Notes: generated by a model from the letters alone, not told the origin. A DNA stretch of 64,000 nt from Chloroflexota bacterium (GCA_965221905.1 OZ244922.1:1632001-1696000), one strand, 5' to 3'; shown: positions 22,803 to 33,009, numbered from the stretch's first letter. Numbers and translations: made by a program.

Positions 22803-23948
22803 CTACACCGTCTTCAGCCAGTGGTCGAGAAACGCGACTGCTTGAATGTCTGTGATCTCATCTTCCGGCTCCGTCTCGTGTCCCAACTCGTGGATGCGGA
22901 TGCCGCACTTCTCCGGTATGCCGAGACTTTCATAATTGGCTTCAACGAGTTTGAACTCTTGTATGGCATTGGGCCACCACACGGCGCCGTCGTGCTTGCC
23001 GTCCTCCACGAAGAACGCCCGCGGGCAGATGAGGGAGGCTATGTCGGCGTCACCAAATTCCCTAAATAGATTTGGTATGAATTGGAATTCGGAAGAGGTC
23101 TCGATGAAGGCGCCGCCATTGATCAGTTCCGGCTGCAGCATCTTGCTGAAGCGCTCGTTGAACCAGGCAGAGGACACTACCGCCTGCAACCGCTGCTCGA
23201 GCGCGCCCATCCAGAGGGCCGCTCGACCGCCGCGCGAAAGGCCGTACAAACCAATATGGTCGATGTGCACCTCGGGCAACGTTTCCAGATAATCTACGGC
23301 GCGGGATAGCGTGAAATACTCCAGCGCTTGAATGGTTTGACCGATGAGGATGGCTTTACGGTGGATCTGATTCTGGGCGCGGCCCTGCTCGTGGTTGCGT
23401 AGCGAGGGAACATTGGGCACGTTGAAACGGTCTTCGCCGTAGCCGCCAATCATACGCGGCGCAATGACCACATAGCCGTGCTTGGCGAGGCGCACGCCGA
23501 TTTCGTGATAGGCGGCGCTATACTCCGGTTCGGTGAAGCCGCAGATTTGCTCCGGCGTGTGGTTAACACCGTGCTGGGCCAGGACTGCCGGAAACGGCCC
23601 TTCGCCATGGGGCCGAATGAGAATGGCGTCCACCCGCACGTCGTCGAACGAGGTATAGAAGACTCGTGACGCCGTATAGGTATCGGTGGTGGCGATCTCC
23701 TCGATGCTTGGCTCCAAGGGCCCGCGCTCCCAAGGCCAGCCGCCGATCATGGCGAGCAGGCGGTCCCGGTTTTGTGCCACCGAGCGGGAGTACGCCTCCT
23801 GACTTGAGTAGTCCCGCTGCCAGCGCCCAGCACGCTCGTCGTAGCGCTGACGGCATTGACCCATGAGCCAAGCATCGTACGCTTCGAAGAGCTGCTGCCG
23901 CAGCGGGTCAACGTCGGCTCCTGAGAGTTTTGGATCTTCGCCTGTCAC
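22803..23948 (-). CDS. Alpha/beta hydrolase (dienelactone hydrolase/acetylxylan esterase-like)
   Basis: PAVLAQHG, LA..GYVVIAP, nucleophile GLSRGG, GKHD, GHE. Confidence 0.82.
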   Translation of the reverse strand: MTGEDPKLSGADVDPLRQQLFEAYDAWLMGQCRQRYDERAGRWQRDYSSQEAYSRSVAQNRDRLLAMIGGWPWERGPLEPSIEEIATTDTYTASRVFYTSFDDVRVDAILIRPHGEGPFPAVLAQHGVNHTPEQICGFTEPEYSAAYHEIGVRLAKHGYVVIAPRMIGGYGEDRFNVPNVPSLRNHEQGRAQNQIHRKAILIGQTIQALEYFTLSRAVDYLETLPEVHIDHIGLYGLSRGGRAALWMGALEQRLQAVVSSAWFNERFSKMLQPELINGGAFIETSSEFQFIPNLFREFGDADIASLICPRAFFVEDGKHDGAVWWPNAIQEFKLVEANYESLGIPEKCGIRIHELGHETEPEDEITDIQAVAFLDHWLKTV

Positions 23949-23969
23949 GTGGCACCTTCCCTTTCAGTG

Positions 23970-24004
23970 AAGAGGGAGGAGGCCATGCGGCCTCCTCCCT
24001 CTCT
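23970..24004. terminator. Hairpin downstream of the solute-binding protein gene
   Basis: GGGAGGAGGCC-ATGC-GGCCTCCTCCC perfect stem. Confidence 0.6.
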
Positions 24005-24031
24005 TAGCTTTGCCGAGTAAATTGAACTACG

Positions 24032-25414
24032 TTACCGCGATTGGCCGTGCTCTTCCAGGAAGTCGTCGAGGATGGTCTGGACTTGGTCGTTGGCTTCCTT
24101 GAGCGCCTCGGGAATCGTGCGGTTGCCGGCCATGACATCCGGGACAAACCCGTTGACGAACGACAGCACCTGCGGCGCGCCCGGCAAGGGGATGACAAAC
24201 TTGCGGTGCTGCATCATGTTGGCAGAGAAGCGCACGAAGTCGTCGCCTTGGTGGTACTCTTCGGAGTCCGCCACGTCGGAGCGGATGGGCAGACGGTCGA
24301 AGTGCTGCGCCCAGCGAATATTCACGCTGCGGCTGCCAAAGTGCTCCAGGAACTTCCACGCCTTATCCGGATTTGGCGAGTCTATGGTCAAGTACCAGGT
24401 ATGGCAACCACCGTAGCCGGCCTGTCGCCCGCCCTCGGGGACGGGATAGGGGCCATAGTTGAACTCGAAATCGGGCTGATTCGGTAATATCTGACCGGCA
24501 CGCTCGGAGTTGGTCAGGTGCATGTTGCCTACCACGCCTTGGAAGAAGGGTTGGAAGTAAGCAGGATAGCGTGCCGCCTCACCCCAGAACTCCAATACCT
24601 GGTTATAGCCGCCCTGGGCATCGAAGATGCTGCGCTTCTGCCAGTTCAGCGCCTCTTCAGCCTCGGGTGTGTTGAGGGTGACCAGTCCCTCCGGCGTAGT
24701 GACCTCGCCGCCCAACTGCCACAGGGGCACCATCCAGAGATGGTTGCCGCCGGTGCCGCGCAGCGGATCGAATCCCAGGCGCTCGATCTTGTCACCGCTG
24801 ACCTTATAGATAGTGGAAATCACGTCTTCAAGGTCATTCCAGCTTGCCGGTGGGCTTTCCGGGTCGAGCCCAACGTCGAGATAGGCCTTATTGCCCGTGT
24901 AGAGAAAGCGAATGTCCGGGCCGAAGGGCATGCCCTGCACCACATTCTTCCACTGCAAGTCGCCGCGCAGCGACTCCCAGATCTCTTCTTTCTTGATGAC
25001 GTTGGATGCCGCCATGTAGGAGTCGAGTCCGAGCGGTAGGTTTAGAACGGCGAGCGTCTGCGCTTGCCACGACCCCGCCTGCCCCACGTCGAGCCCGAAA
25101 TTGGCGGCCACGGCGGTCACCATCTTGTCCATGCGATTGCCGGATTCAACGGTGGCGTTGACGGTAAGGCCGGGGTTGGCCTCCTCAAGTTCCTGTACAA
25201 CCTCCAAACCGATGCCTTGGCTGAGATCCCAACGGGAAGTCGTAAAGACCCGAATTTCGTAAGTATCCGGCGGGTCGGGCTTCACCTCTGCCTTGGGCTC
25301 CATCTTCTCTTCGGCCTTTGGCGCATCGGTCATCGTCGTCGCCTGACCGCAGGCCGCCAACAGCGCGAAACCAGCGCCGGAACCGAGTCCAAGTAACATC
25401 TTACGTCGAGTCAT
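24032..25414 (-). CDS. Extracellular solute-binding lipoprotein (ABC sugar-type, Tat signal)
   Basis: MTRRKMLLG...LLAACG (Tat plus lipobox); GLDP..PP.SW.DL, P.PEGG, NPDKAWKFL motifs; no adjacent permease or ATPase genes. Confidence 0.88.
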   Translation of the reverse strand: MTRRKMLLGLGSGAGFALLAACGQATTMTDAPKAEEKMEPKAEVKPDPPDTYEIRVFTTSRWDLSQGIGLEVVQELEEANPGLTVNATVESGNRMDKMVTAVAANFGLDVGQAGSWQAQTLAVLNLPLGLDSYMAASNVIKKEEIWESLRGDLQWKNVVQGMPFGPDIRFLYTGNKAYLDVGLDPESPPASWNDLEDVISTIYKVSGDKIERLGFDPLRGTGGNHLWMVPLWQLGGEVTTPEGLVTLNTPEAEEALNWQKRSIFDAQGGYNQVLEFWGEAARYPAYFQPFFQGVVGNMHLTNSERAGQILPNQPDFEFNYGPYPVPEGGRQAGYGGCHTWYLTIDSPNPDKAWKFLEHFGSRSVNIRWAQHFDRLPIRSDVADSEEYHQGDDFVRFSANMMQHRKFVIPLPGAPQVLSFVNGFVPDVMAGNRTIPEALKEANDQVQTILDDFLEEHGQSR

Positions 25415-25515
25415 TTTAAAGTTCCTTTGAGGGTGCTCCAACCAACCGATTGGTTGGAGATTAGCACCGAGTGTGCTCACTGTCAAGGAAGAAGGTGAGA
25501 GCGCGTGGTAAACGC

Positions 25516-26178
25516 CTACACTTGTACGCGTTGCCGGCTAACGGCTTGTGCAATCTGCGCCGAACTAGCCAGCGTCGCCCAGCGAGTGCCTACCAGTGGC
25601 GTGATCATGGCCTGATCCACGGCGGAGGCATGCAAGATAGCGTCACTCGGCCAATAGTTGGTGAAGCCGAATTCGCGGCTCTGGATCAGACTATAGAAGA
25701 CACACGCGCCGCCGTACTGACCGGTAAGCACGACGTTCTCGATGCCGGCATTGTTCAGGATGTAGTCGAGGCCCGTCCCGGTGAACGCCGAACTCGTGAG
25801 TTTTCGAACAATAATCTCCTCACGCTGTGGAGCAAGCTCGTCTATGACCGACATGGCGTGGGAGTCGAAATAGTCGTAGTCGCGACCGCGCTGGTAGGGT
25901 ACGGCCTCACGGGCGTCCGCAGTCCACTTGGCATTGACGACGTGGACCACCAGGCCGCCGGAAGCGCGAAAGGCGTCGAGGATCGAACGCAGGTTGGGGA
26001 TCACGGTCTGCAATTCAGCCGTAAACCAGCGTTCGCTCTCATTGCTACCGCTACCCAGCCAGGTCGGATCGCAGAAGCGCCGCATCATATCTACAATGAT
26101 GAGCGCGGTCTTTTCCGGTGGCAGCACCGCGTCGTCGGCGAGGTCTTTCGTTTTGAATTGCGCGGTATCAATGAGCAT
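25516..26178 (-). CDS. Isochorismatase/cysteine hydrolase family protein
   Basis: TALIIVDM..RF, RKLTSSAFTGT.LD.IL...GI..VV.TG....CV. Confidence 0.88.
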   Translation of the reverse strand: MLIDTAQFKTKDLADDAVLPPEKTALIIVDMMRRFCDPTWLGSGSNESERWFTAELQTVIPNLRSILDAFRASGGLVVHVVNAKWTADAREAVPYQRGRDYDYFDSHAMSVIDELAPQREEIIVRKLTSSAFTGTGLDYILNNAGIENVVLTGQYGGACVFYSLIQSREFGFTNYWPSDAILHASAVDQAMITPLVGTRWATLASSAQIAQAVSRQRVQV

Positions 26179-26259
26179 TGGATGGTTCCTTTCGTGCCGT
26201 TTGACAGTTACTTCCAGCGTAGCGGGGGACAAGCCCCCGCGCTACAGATCAAATTGCTT

Positions 26260-26462
26260 CTATCCCCGGTAGCACAGGTTAGTAACCTGCGTCTCAACCT
26301 GCTATCCCTGGTAGCACAGGTTAGTAACCTGCGTCTGAACCTGCTATCCCCGGTAGCGCAGGATTGTAGCCTGCGTCTGAACCTGCTATCCCCGGTAGCG
26401 CAGGATTGTAGCCTGCGTCTGAACCTGTTATCCCTGGTAGCGCAGGTTTGTAACCTGCGTCT
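26260..26462. repeat. Tandem array of ~5 x 42-bp palindromic (GTAG-REP-like) units
   Basis: Units start at 26260, 26302, 26344, 26386 and 26428: CTATCCC(C/T)GGTAGC(A/G)CAGG.T.GTA.CCTGCGTCT(C/G)AACCTG. Solo copies at 12351-12384, 22661-22692, 36442-36471 and 36486-36510. Confidence 0.92.
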
Positions 26463-26591
26463 TATCCACTCGCACTGAATAGCAAATCAGGGCCGGTTAT
26501 CGAGAGAGCTTCCGCTGAGTTTTCTTTGCAGTCGATTGAACAGCAGGGATAAGACTTGGTTCCTGCTGATGCTCATTCGTGACTGCTTATT

Positions 26592-27350
26592 CTACATATA
26601 CCAACCGCCGTTGACGCTTAGTACCTCACCGGTGATGTAGCGGGCGTCATCCGAGGCCAGGAAGAGAATGGCGGCGGCTACGTCTTCTGCCCTGCCAAAA
26701 TGGCCGAGGGGGATTTGCTGGCGCACCTGCTCCCTGATTTCGTCGTCGATGGCGCGCGTCATGTCGGTATCCATGAACCCGGGCGCAACAGCATTGACGC
26801 GGACGTGGTACCGCGCTAACTCTCTGGCCAGGGACTTCGTGAAGCCGATGGCGCCAGCCTTGGCTGCCGCGTAATTGGTCTGGCCGATGTTGCCCATGAG
26901 CGCAATCACCGAAGCCACGTTGACGATGCTGCCCGTCGCGCGCTCGCGCATGTGAATTGCCGCGGGTTTCGAGCAATTGAACATGCTGCCGAGGTTTACG
27001 TCCAGCACCTCGTCCCAGTGTTCGCGGGTCAAGTTGCGGAGGGTCGCGTCTCGCAGAATGCCGGCATTATTGACCAGAATGTCGAGGCAGCCAAACTCTT
27101 GAATGGCTTGCTCGACCATTTGTGCGCTCGGCTCCTCCTGGGCTACGTCCGCGCCAACGACCAGCGCCCGGCGACCCATGCTCTCCACCTCCTTGGCTAC
27201 GGCCTCCGCGTTTCGGCGGTGCACCCCCGCCGCATCCGGGTAGTGGTTGACGGCCACGTTAGCACCCTCACGGGCGAGGGTGAGTGCGGTGGCGCGACCG
27301 ATGCCTTGGGAAGCGCCGGTAATGAGCGCGCATTTGCTATCCAATCTCAT
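26592..27350 (-). CDS. 3-oxoacyl-ACP / acetoacetyl-CoA reductase (FabG/PhaB-like SDR)
   Basis: TGASQGIG, NNAGI.RD, GQTNYAAAK, VNAVAPGF; starts 4 nt after the thiolase stop. Confidence 0.9.
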   Translation of the reverse strand: MRLDSKCALITGASQGIGRATALTLAREGANVAVNHYPDAAGVHRRNAEAVAKEVESMGRRALVVGADVAQEEPSAQMVEQAIQEFGCLDILVNNAGILRDATLRNLTREHWDEVLDVNLGSMFNCSKPAAIHMRERATGSIVNVASVIALMGNIGQTNYAAAKAGAIGFTKSLARELARYHVRVNAVAPGFMDTDMTRAIDDEIREQVRQQIPLGHFGRAEDVAAAILFLASDDARYITGEVLSVNGGWYM

Positions 27351-27354
27351 GAAG

Positions 27355-28548
27355 CTAGTGCACCTCTCGTTCCACCAAAGCAGCGATTCCCATGCCGCCG
27401 CCGGCACAAAGCGCGGCAATGCCTCGGCGCACGTTGCGTCGCTGCATTTCGTATATGAGCGTGCCCAGTATGCGGGCGCCGCTCGCGCCGACGGGATGAC
27501 CGACGGCGATTGCCCCGCCGTTTACGTTTACGCGCGCACGATCCCACTGGAGTTCGGCCTCCACGGCAAGAACTTGAGCGGCGAAAGCTTCATTGACTTC
27601 GAGGAGGTCTATGTCATCAAGGGTCAGCTCGGTTTTGTCGAGGAGAATGCGAATCGCCTTTGCCGGCCCGATACCCATGCGCACGGGGGCGACGCCGGTG
27701 GTCGCGACCGCCATCAGGCTCGCGAGCGGCTGGCGCTCATGTGTCTCCGCCCATTCAGCGGATGCCACCACGATTGCGGCCGCGCCGTCGTTAATACCGG
27801 ATGCGTTGCCGGCGGTGATGGTGGTAACGTCTTTGAAGGCGGGATGGAGCGACGCCAGAGCCTCGATGGTCGTGTCCGAACGCGGATATTCATCGTCGCT
27901 TATCACTCTAGGCGGTCCCCGGCGCTGCGGTACCGACACCGGGGCGACTTCCGCGGCAACGTGACAGGCGCGCGCCGCTGCCGCATACCGCTGCTGGCTT
28001 TGCAGAGCGTATTCGTCTTGCGCTTCGCGGGATATGCCGTACTCTTGCGCGAGAGTGTCGGCGGTGTTTGCCATGTGGCAGTCGGCGAATGCGTCCCAGA
28101 GTCCGTCGCTGAGAAGAGTGTCAACCAGGGTGGCATGGCCCAGCTTGTTGCCCCAGCGCGCACCGGGCAGCACATAGGGCGCTTGGCTCATGCATTCCGT
28201 GCCGCCGGCCAGCGCCACGTCAATCTCGCCTAGCCGAATATACTGTGCGGCGAGCGCCACGGATTGCAAGCCCGAGGCGCAGACTTGATTAATGGTCATG
28301 GCCGGCGCTGCTTCGGGTACGCCTGCGCGCAAACTGACCTGGCGGGCTGTATTCATGCCGCTGCCGCCCTGGTACACTTGACCGAATATCGAGACCTGTA
28401 CCTCATCAGGCGCTACGTCCGCCCGCGCCAACGCGGCCTGCGCCGCAACGACACCAAGTTGTGGCGCGGAAAGCTCACTAAACGAGCCGCCAAATTTGCC
28501 AATCGGCGTCCGGGCAGCCGCAAGTATCACCGGCTGTCGATTGCTCAT
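27355..28548 (-). CDS. Acetyl-CoA C-acetyltransferase (thiolase)
   Basis: RTPIG.FGG, INQVCASG, NASGINDGAA, NEAFA, GHPVGASG, CAGGG. Confidence 0.95.
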   Translation of the reverse strand: MSNRQPVILAAARTPIGKFGGSFSELSAPQLGVVAAQAALARADVAPDEVQVSIFGQVYQGGSGMNTARQVSLRAGVPEAAPAMTINQVCASGLQSVALAAQYIRLGEIDVALAGGTECMSQAPYVLPGARWGNKLGHATLVDTLLSDGLWDAFADCHMANTADTLAQEYGISREAQDEYALQSQQRYAAAARACHVAAEVAPVSVPQRRGPPRVISDDEYPRSDTTIEALASLHPAFKDVTTITAGNASGINDGAAAIVVASAEWAETHERQPLASLMAVATTGVAPVRMGIGPAKAIRILLDKTELTLDDIDLLEVNEAFAAQVLAVEAELQWDRARVNVNGGAIAVGHPVGASGARILGTLIYEMQRRNVRRGIAALCAGGGMGIAALVEREVH

Positions 28549-28744
28549 GTTCTTTGTCTAACCTCCTTCAGTTAGGAGTTGTTGTACTGAGTTGTGTTGA
28601 CTTTCAAGTCTTAGCGTTCGGTTTACACCAGTAAAGAAGCTGTGAGCTAGTCCGTCTCCTCTCCGACTGAGACTCTTGGGTTACCCAGTCAGACCGGCAG
28701 ACTTGGGTTGATATGCCGATATTCACTCTCACCTTCTCCCAGCG

Positions 28745-28925
28745 GAGACCCCCATATCGGGGTACCGGGCATGCGCGGACTTCCAGTCCGATGCATAACT
28801 CCGTCATTCCGGCGAAAGCCGGAATCCAGGGGTGTGTGGGTAGTTTGGGATTGCTAGCCGTGAAGCCCTTGTCACCCCCTTCCCGACCTGCCCCATCAAG
28901 GTGGAAGGGGTTTCGCAAAAGTCTC
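28745..28925. mobile_element. Putative 181-bp MITE-like insertion inside a REP hairpin
   Basis: GAGAC...GTCTC ends flanked by a 5-bp direct repeat CAGCG (28740-28744 and 28926-28930). Removing it restores the TCTCCC-AGC-GGGAGA hairpin. Contains a family A palindrome. Confidence 0.55.
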
Positions 28926-29066
28926 CAGCGGGAGAGAGGACTTGCAACATCCGGCCAAGGTAGTGTGGGTTTACTTGCAGTGGCAATTATTCCCCCTTTG
29001 CCAAGAGCGCATGGTTCCGTGAATGGGTAAGTCCGGTGCTGTATGCCCTCCGAACGTGGTCTCCCT

Positions 29067-29879
29067 TCAACATGCAATCTCCGATAGGAGCTGCGGCACG
29101 TCGGCGATTGAATCTACCACCCAATCGGGCTTGACCGAAGAAGCCTCCAGTGACTTGCGGCTGAACTTTCCCGTTCTTACCAATACACACAAGGCGCCAA
29201 CCGCCCGCGCTCCCGCGATGTCTGTCGTCACATCGTCGCCGACTACAACAGCTTCTTCAGGACTGCAACCGATGTGCCGAATAGCAATTCTAAAGAAGTC
29301 TGCTGATGGCTTACCAAGGACTCTCGCGGCCTTGCCGGACCCATACTCCAGGAGTTGCACGAAGGCCCCAGTATCCAGATTGTAGCCATCTTCGGACACA
29401 AAGTACCTTCCCCTTTGCAGGGCGAGCATCTCAGCCCCCGCCATAACGTGGCGGAACGCCGTGTTCAGCGCTGCGTAGCTCACGGAATCACGACAGTCTC
29501 CGACAACTACATAGTCTACGGCACCTTCCTCGGCAAGAAAAGGCGCAAACGCAGCAGTCAGTTCCTGCGAAACCAAACAGTAGCTACGCTTGTCAGGGTG
29601 CCGGCGCAAGAAGTGCAAACCTGCACTGACGGCACTAAAGATCTCCTCTTCTTCAACTGCCAAGCCCATTGCGGCCACCTCGCGTTGGAGGGTTTCGGCG
29701 GTCTTGGAGTCTGTATTCGTCAAGAAGCGCAACCCAAAATCCATTTTCCTCAGAGTTTCGAGGGTCCGCTGGGCGTTTGGAATTTGCGCGCCTCTGAAGT
29801 AGAGCGTACCGTCCAGATCAACCAAGAGAGCCTTAATGGGGTTGCCCAGTGTACTGCCTTTTCTCGCCTCGAAACGCAT
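29067..29879 (-). CDS. HAD-superfamily subfamily IIA hydrolase (LHPP/HDHD2-like)
   Basis: DLDGTLY, LTN, GKPS..FF, VGDD..TDI.GA, RTGKF. Confidence 0.9.
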   Translation of the reverse strand: MRFEARKGSTLGNPIKALLVDLDGTLYFRGAQIPNAQRTLETLRKMDFGLRFLTNTDSKTAETLQREVAAMGLAVEEEEIFSAVSAGLHFLRRHPDKRSYCLVSQELTAAFAPFLAEEGAVDYVVVGDCRDSVSYAALNTAFRHVMAGAEMLALQRGRYFVSEDGYNLDTGAFVQLLEYGSGKAARVLGKPSADFFRIAIRHIGCSPEEAVVVGDDVTTDIAGARAVGALCVLVRTGKFSRKSLEASSVKPDWVVDSIADVPQLLSEIAC

Positions 29880-29916
29880 AGACTTTTGCCCACGCCACAA
29901 AGATGTTTCCAGTGGG

Positions 29917-31476
29917 TTACGTGAATTGCTGCGCCAGACCCATCGGCTCATTGCGAAACAGGCGCGAATCCATCTGCCGCAGATCGGGCGCGATGTGCGG
30001 CTTGAATGCCATGTGTGCCAGCAAGTCCCTTTGCATGTCCACGCCGGGGGCGATTTCTACAAGTGTCAGACCGTCATCGGTAAGAGTAAAGACCGCGCGT
30101 TCGGTCACATAGGTGATAGCACGTCCGAGTGAGCGCGCGTAGGCGCCGTTGAAGGTTATCTGCTCGACGGCTTGTACCAGCTTTGGATGCCTGCCCTCAC
30201 GGACGATCTGCAGGGTACCATCATGGACCGTAATCTCAAGGCCGCCGGCAGTGAAGGTGCCGCAAAACACGACACGCTTCGCGTTGTGGCTAATGTTGAT
30301 GAATCCGCCCGCGCCCGGCACGACGCTGCCAAAGCGGCTGACATTCACGTTGCCTGCGGCATCGATCTGGGCAGCGCCCAGGCAGGCGATGTCCAGCCCG
30401 CCGCCGTCGTAAAAGTCGAACATATACGGCGTGTCGATTAAAGCCGTGGGCATATAGGATGCGCCAAACGAAAAGCCGCCTGCGGGTACGCCCCCAATAG
30501 CGCCACTCTCCACGGTCATTACCAAATCAGCGATGATGTTTTCTTCCGCCGCTACTGCCGCCACGCTCTCCGGTAAGCCAATACCGAGATTGACGATGTC
30601 TCCTCGTCGCAGCTCAAGCGCGGCGCGGCGGGAAATAATCTTGCGTTCGTCGAGTGGATGCGGCGGAAAGTCCGGCGCCTCGCCGCGGGATTCGGAAACG
30701 TACGCCGGATTAAAGTCCTCGCTAAACGTCTGCCAGTGCTCGGCGGGATCGGCCACCGCGACGACATCTACGAGAATCCCGGGAATCTTGATCTGCCGCG
30801 TGGGCAGAGGTGTAGAAATTGTGCGCTCTACCTGCGCAATCACAGTGCCGCCGCAGTTGTGCACGGCCTGGGCAACGCTCAGCATCTCGCCGTAGACCGC
30901 TTCGCGTTCCATGCTGATGTTGCCGTCGGGATCGGCGGTAGTGCCCCGGATGAGGCCGACGTCGAGCTCGATACGCGGATAGAAGAGGCACTCTTTGCCG
31001 TTCAGTTTGAGAAGCTGCACGAGTTGCTCCGGTGTGGATGCCGGATTGACGCGTCCCCCTTCCAGGCGCGGGTCTACGAACGTGTGGAGACCCACGTGCG
31101 TGAGCGTGCCCGGCTTGCCCGCGGCAATGTCGCGGAAGAGATGAATGATGACGCCCTGGGGAAAGTTGTAGCCTTCGATCTTGCCGTCGAGGACGAGTTG
31201 GCATAACGTGGGGGCAAGGCCCCAGTGTCCGCCGATAATACGCTTGACAAGCCCTTCGTGGCCAAAGTGATTGAGGCCGCGCGTTTGGCGGTCGCCCTGA
31301 CCGGCGCCATACATCAGCGTAAGATTCCGTGGCTCGCCGGTCTGCAAAAAGCGCCGCTCTATTGCCGCGGAGAGGGCTTCGGGGTGCCCAATTCCGACGA
31401 ATCCACACACGCCGATGGCGTCCCCATCCTGGATGAGCCAAGCTGCTTGGTCAATTGAGAGAAACTTCCCCCCCAT
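29917..31476 (-). CDS. Acyl-CoA:acetate/3-ketoacid CoA transferase (propionate CoA-transferase/YdiF-like)
   Basis: [27 protein letters not shown], catalytic [22 protein letters not shown]; GGAGG RBS. Confidence 0.93.
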   Translation of the reverse strand: MGGKFLSIDQAAWLIQDGDAIGVCGFVGIGHPEALSAAIERRFLQTGEPRNLTLMYGAGQGDRQTRGLNHFGHEGLVKRIIGGHWGLAPTLCQLVLDGKIEGYNFPQGVIIHLFRDIAAGKPGTLTHVGLHTFVDPRLEGGRVNPASTPEQLVQLLKLNGKECLFYPRIELDVGLIRGTTADPDGNISMEREAVYGEMLSVAQAVHNCGGTVIAQVERTISTPLPTRQIKIPGILVDVVAVADPAEHWQTFSEDFNPAYVSESRGEAPDFPPHPLDERKIISRRAALELRRGDIVNLGIGLPESVAAVAAEENIIADLVMTVESGAIGGVPAGGFSFGASYMPTALIDTPYMFDFYDGGGLDIACLGAAQIDAAGNVNVSRFGSVVPGAGGFINISHNAKRVVFCGTFTAGGLEITVHDGTLQIVREGRHPKLVQAVEQITFNGAYARSLGRAITYVTERAVFTLTDDGLTLVEIAPGVDMQRDLLAHMAFKPHIAPDLRQMDSRLFRNEPMGLAQQFT

Positions 31477-31835
31477 CCATCCTCCCTGGTCGTCGCCTCG
31501 GACTCGCGCACAATGCCCGACTGAAGATTCTGAACTCATATCGCGCCCAATCCGCGGGGGTGTAGGAAACTACGCTTTTGCCTAGCCACTACATGAGCAG
31601 CATGCTAGCTGCCCCTTATGATAGCGATTCTCAGAAGGTATGTCTTTGCGACCTCAGAGAGTTGTGTTTACCATGAAGAAGCTTGTCGACAGTTCGCTCG
31701 AACACTGGATACTGTAGAGGGACACAGCGTAGACACACCTGCGACCAACCGACCGTGGGCGGCCACATTTACAAAATTGTCTGAAATGTTACATAGTCCC
31801 AATGCATTTTGCTTGTGCCAGATGAAGGAATATAC

Positions 31836-32912
31836 ATGTCAGCGAATTCGTTTTCAGTTTGGGTTACCGGCTGTGCGCATGTAGGTACAGACAAGAGATT
31901 TGGCCGCGAGAGCTTGGCCGAGGCGATTCGCCAGTCCGAACACGGCGGCGCCGAGGGCGGACCGCCGTTTCACTGGGACATCATGCTGCATCTCGGCGAT
32001 CTTTCCGGCAACCAAGGCTCACCGGACGATGAAGAAGGTGAAGAAGTTGTGCGGCAGTTCGGCGCGGCGCAAGCACACGGCCGCGAGAATTTCTATAACT
32101 TGGCGGGCAATCATGATGCTACGTTCTATACGGAGCCGACTCAATGGTGGTTCCGCAAGTGGGTTGACCCTACGGGTGAAAACCGGCAGTTTTCCGGTGT
32201 GGATCCCTCCCGACGTCCCTATCCCGTGGAAGGGACGTGGGAGCGGTATGCCTTTCGGGCGGGCAATGTGCTCTTCCTGATGATGAGCGATCGGAATGAC
32301 TTGCCGCCGCCGGTCGGCCGCAATCCAAAAGGGGGAGGCTACCCATCGGGGGCGGTTACGGGCGAGACCTTTGCGTGGTGGCAAGAGCAAGTAGAGAAGA
32401 ATCCCGATAGCATCATTGTTTCTGCGCATCATCACATGCTCAAGGAGACCACTGTGGCGTCCGGTCCCTGGGAAGGATACCGCCAGGATGAAAATGGCGC
32501 ATGGCGCGGCCACTACCACGGCTACTTTGCTGACGGCGGCCCGGCAGGCGCTTCGTATTTGTACTTCTTGGATGACAAACCCGATGCGCAGGCATTCGAA
32601 GGCTACCTTGCGAGCCAGCCCGGTGCAATTGACCTGTGGCTCGGCGGCCATACCCATACCCATCCCAACGACCGCCACGGCGGACGGTCGCACGTCGAGC
32701 GCAAGTGGGACGTGAGCTTCATCAACTGCGCCGCCCTTGCGCGCCATCACGCTGGGCGCACGACCCTACCTATGAGCCGCCTCTTGACGTTTACGTTAGG
32801 CAGCGATGAGGTCCGCGTGCGGTGCTATCTCCACACCGCCGACTATGCGCCGCAAGGCTGGTATGCAAAGGCCGAACGTGTTGTCCGAATGGGGAAGCCG
32901 TATCAACCGTAG
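31836..32912 (+). CDS. Metallophosphoesterase family protein
   Basis: CAHVG, HLGD, AGNHD, AHHH and GGHTH motifs. Confidence 0.82.
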   Translation: MSANSFSVWVTGCAHVGTDKRFGRESLAEAIRQSEHGGAEGGPPFHWDIMLHLGDLSGNQGSPDDEEGEEVVRQFGAAQAHGRENFYNLAGNHDATFYTEPTQWWFRKWVDPTGENRQFSGVDPSRRPYPVEGTWERYAFRAGNVLFLMMSDRNDLPPPVGRNPKGGGYPSGAVTGETFAWWQEQVEKNPDSIIVSAHHHMLKETTVASGPWEGYRQDENGAWRGHYHGYFADGGPAGASYLYFLDDKPDAQAFEGYLASQPGAIDLWLGGHTHTHPNDRHGGRSHVERKWDVSFINCAALARHHAGRTTLPMSRLLTFTLGSDEVRVRCYLHTADYAPQGWYAKAERVVRMGKPYQP

Positions 32913-32971
32913 GGGGAGACTTTTCATGGCTCGGCCAGGCAAGCCGGACTGAGCAGAAGTGACGGGGATTT

Positions 32972-33009
32972 GCCCTCACCCTAGCCCTCTCCCTCGTGGA
33001 GAGGGGACG
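32972..33009. repeat. REP-like palindrome family C (CCCTCACCCTAGCCCTCTCCC...GGAGAGGG)
   Basis: Hairpin lying within imperfect inverted ends at 32914 and 33065; related to the interrupted copy at 28726-28940. Confidence 0.6.

Noticed and set aside
26260-26462. CRISPR array
   Set aside because: Units are contiguous with no unique spacers, no cas genes are in the window, and the unit occurs as dispersed solo REP-like copies.
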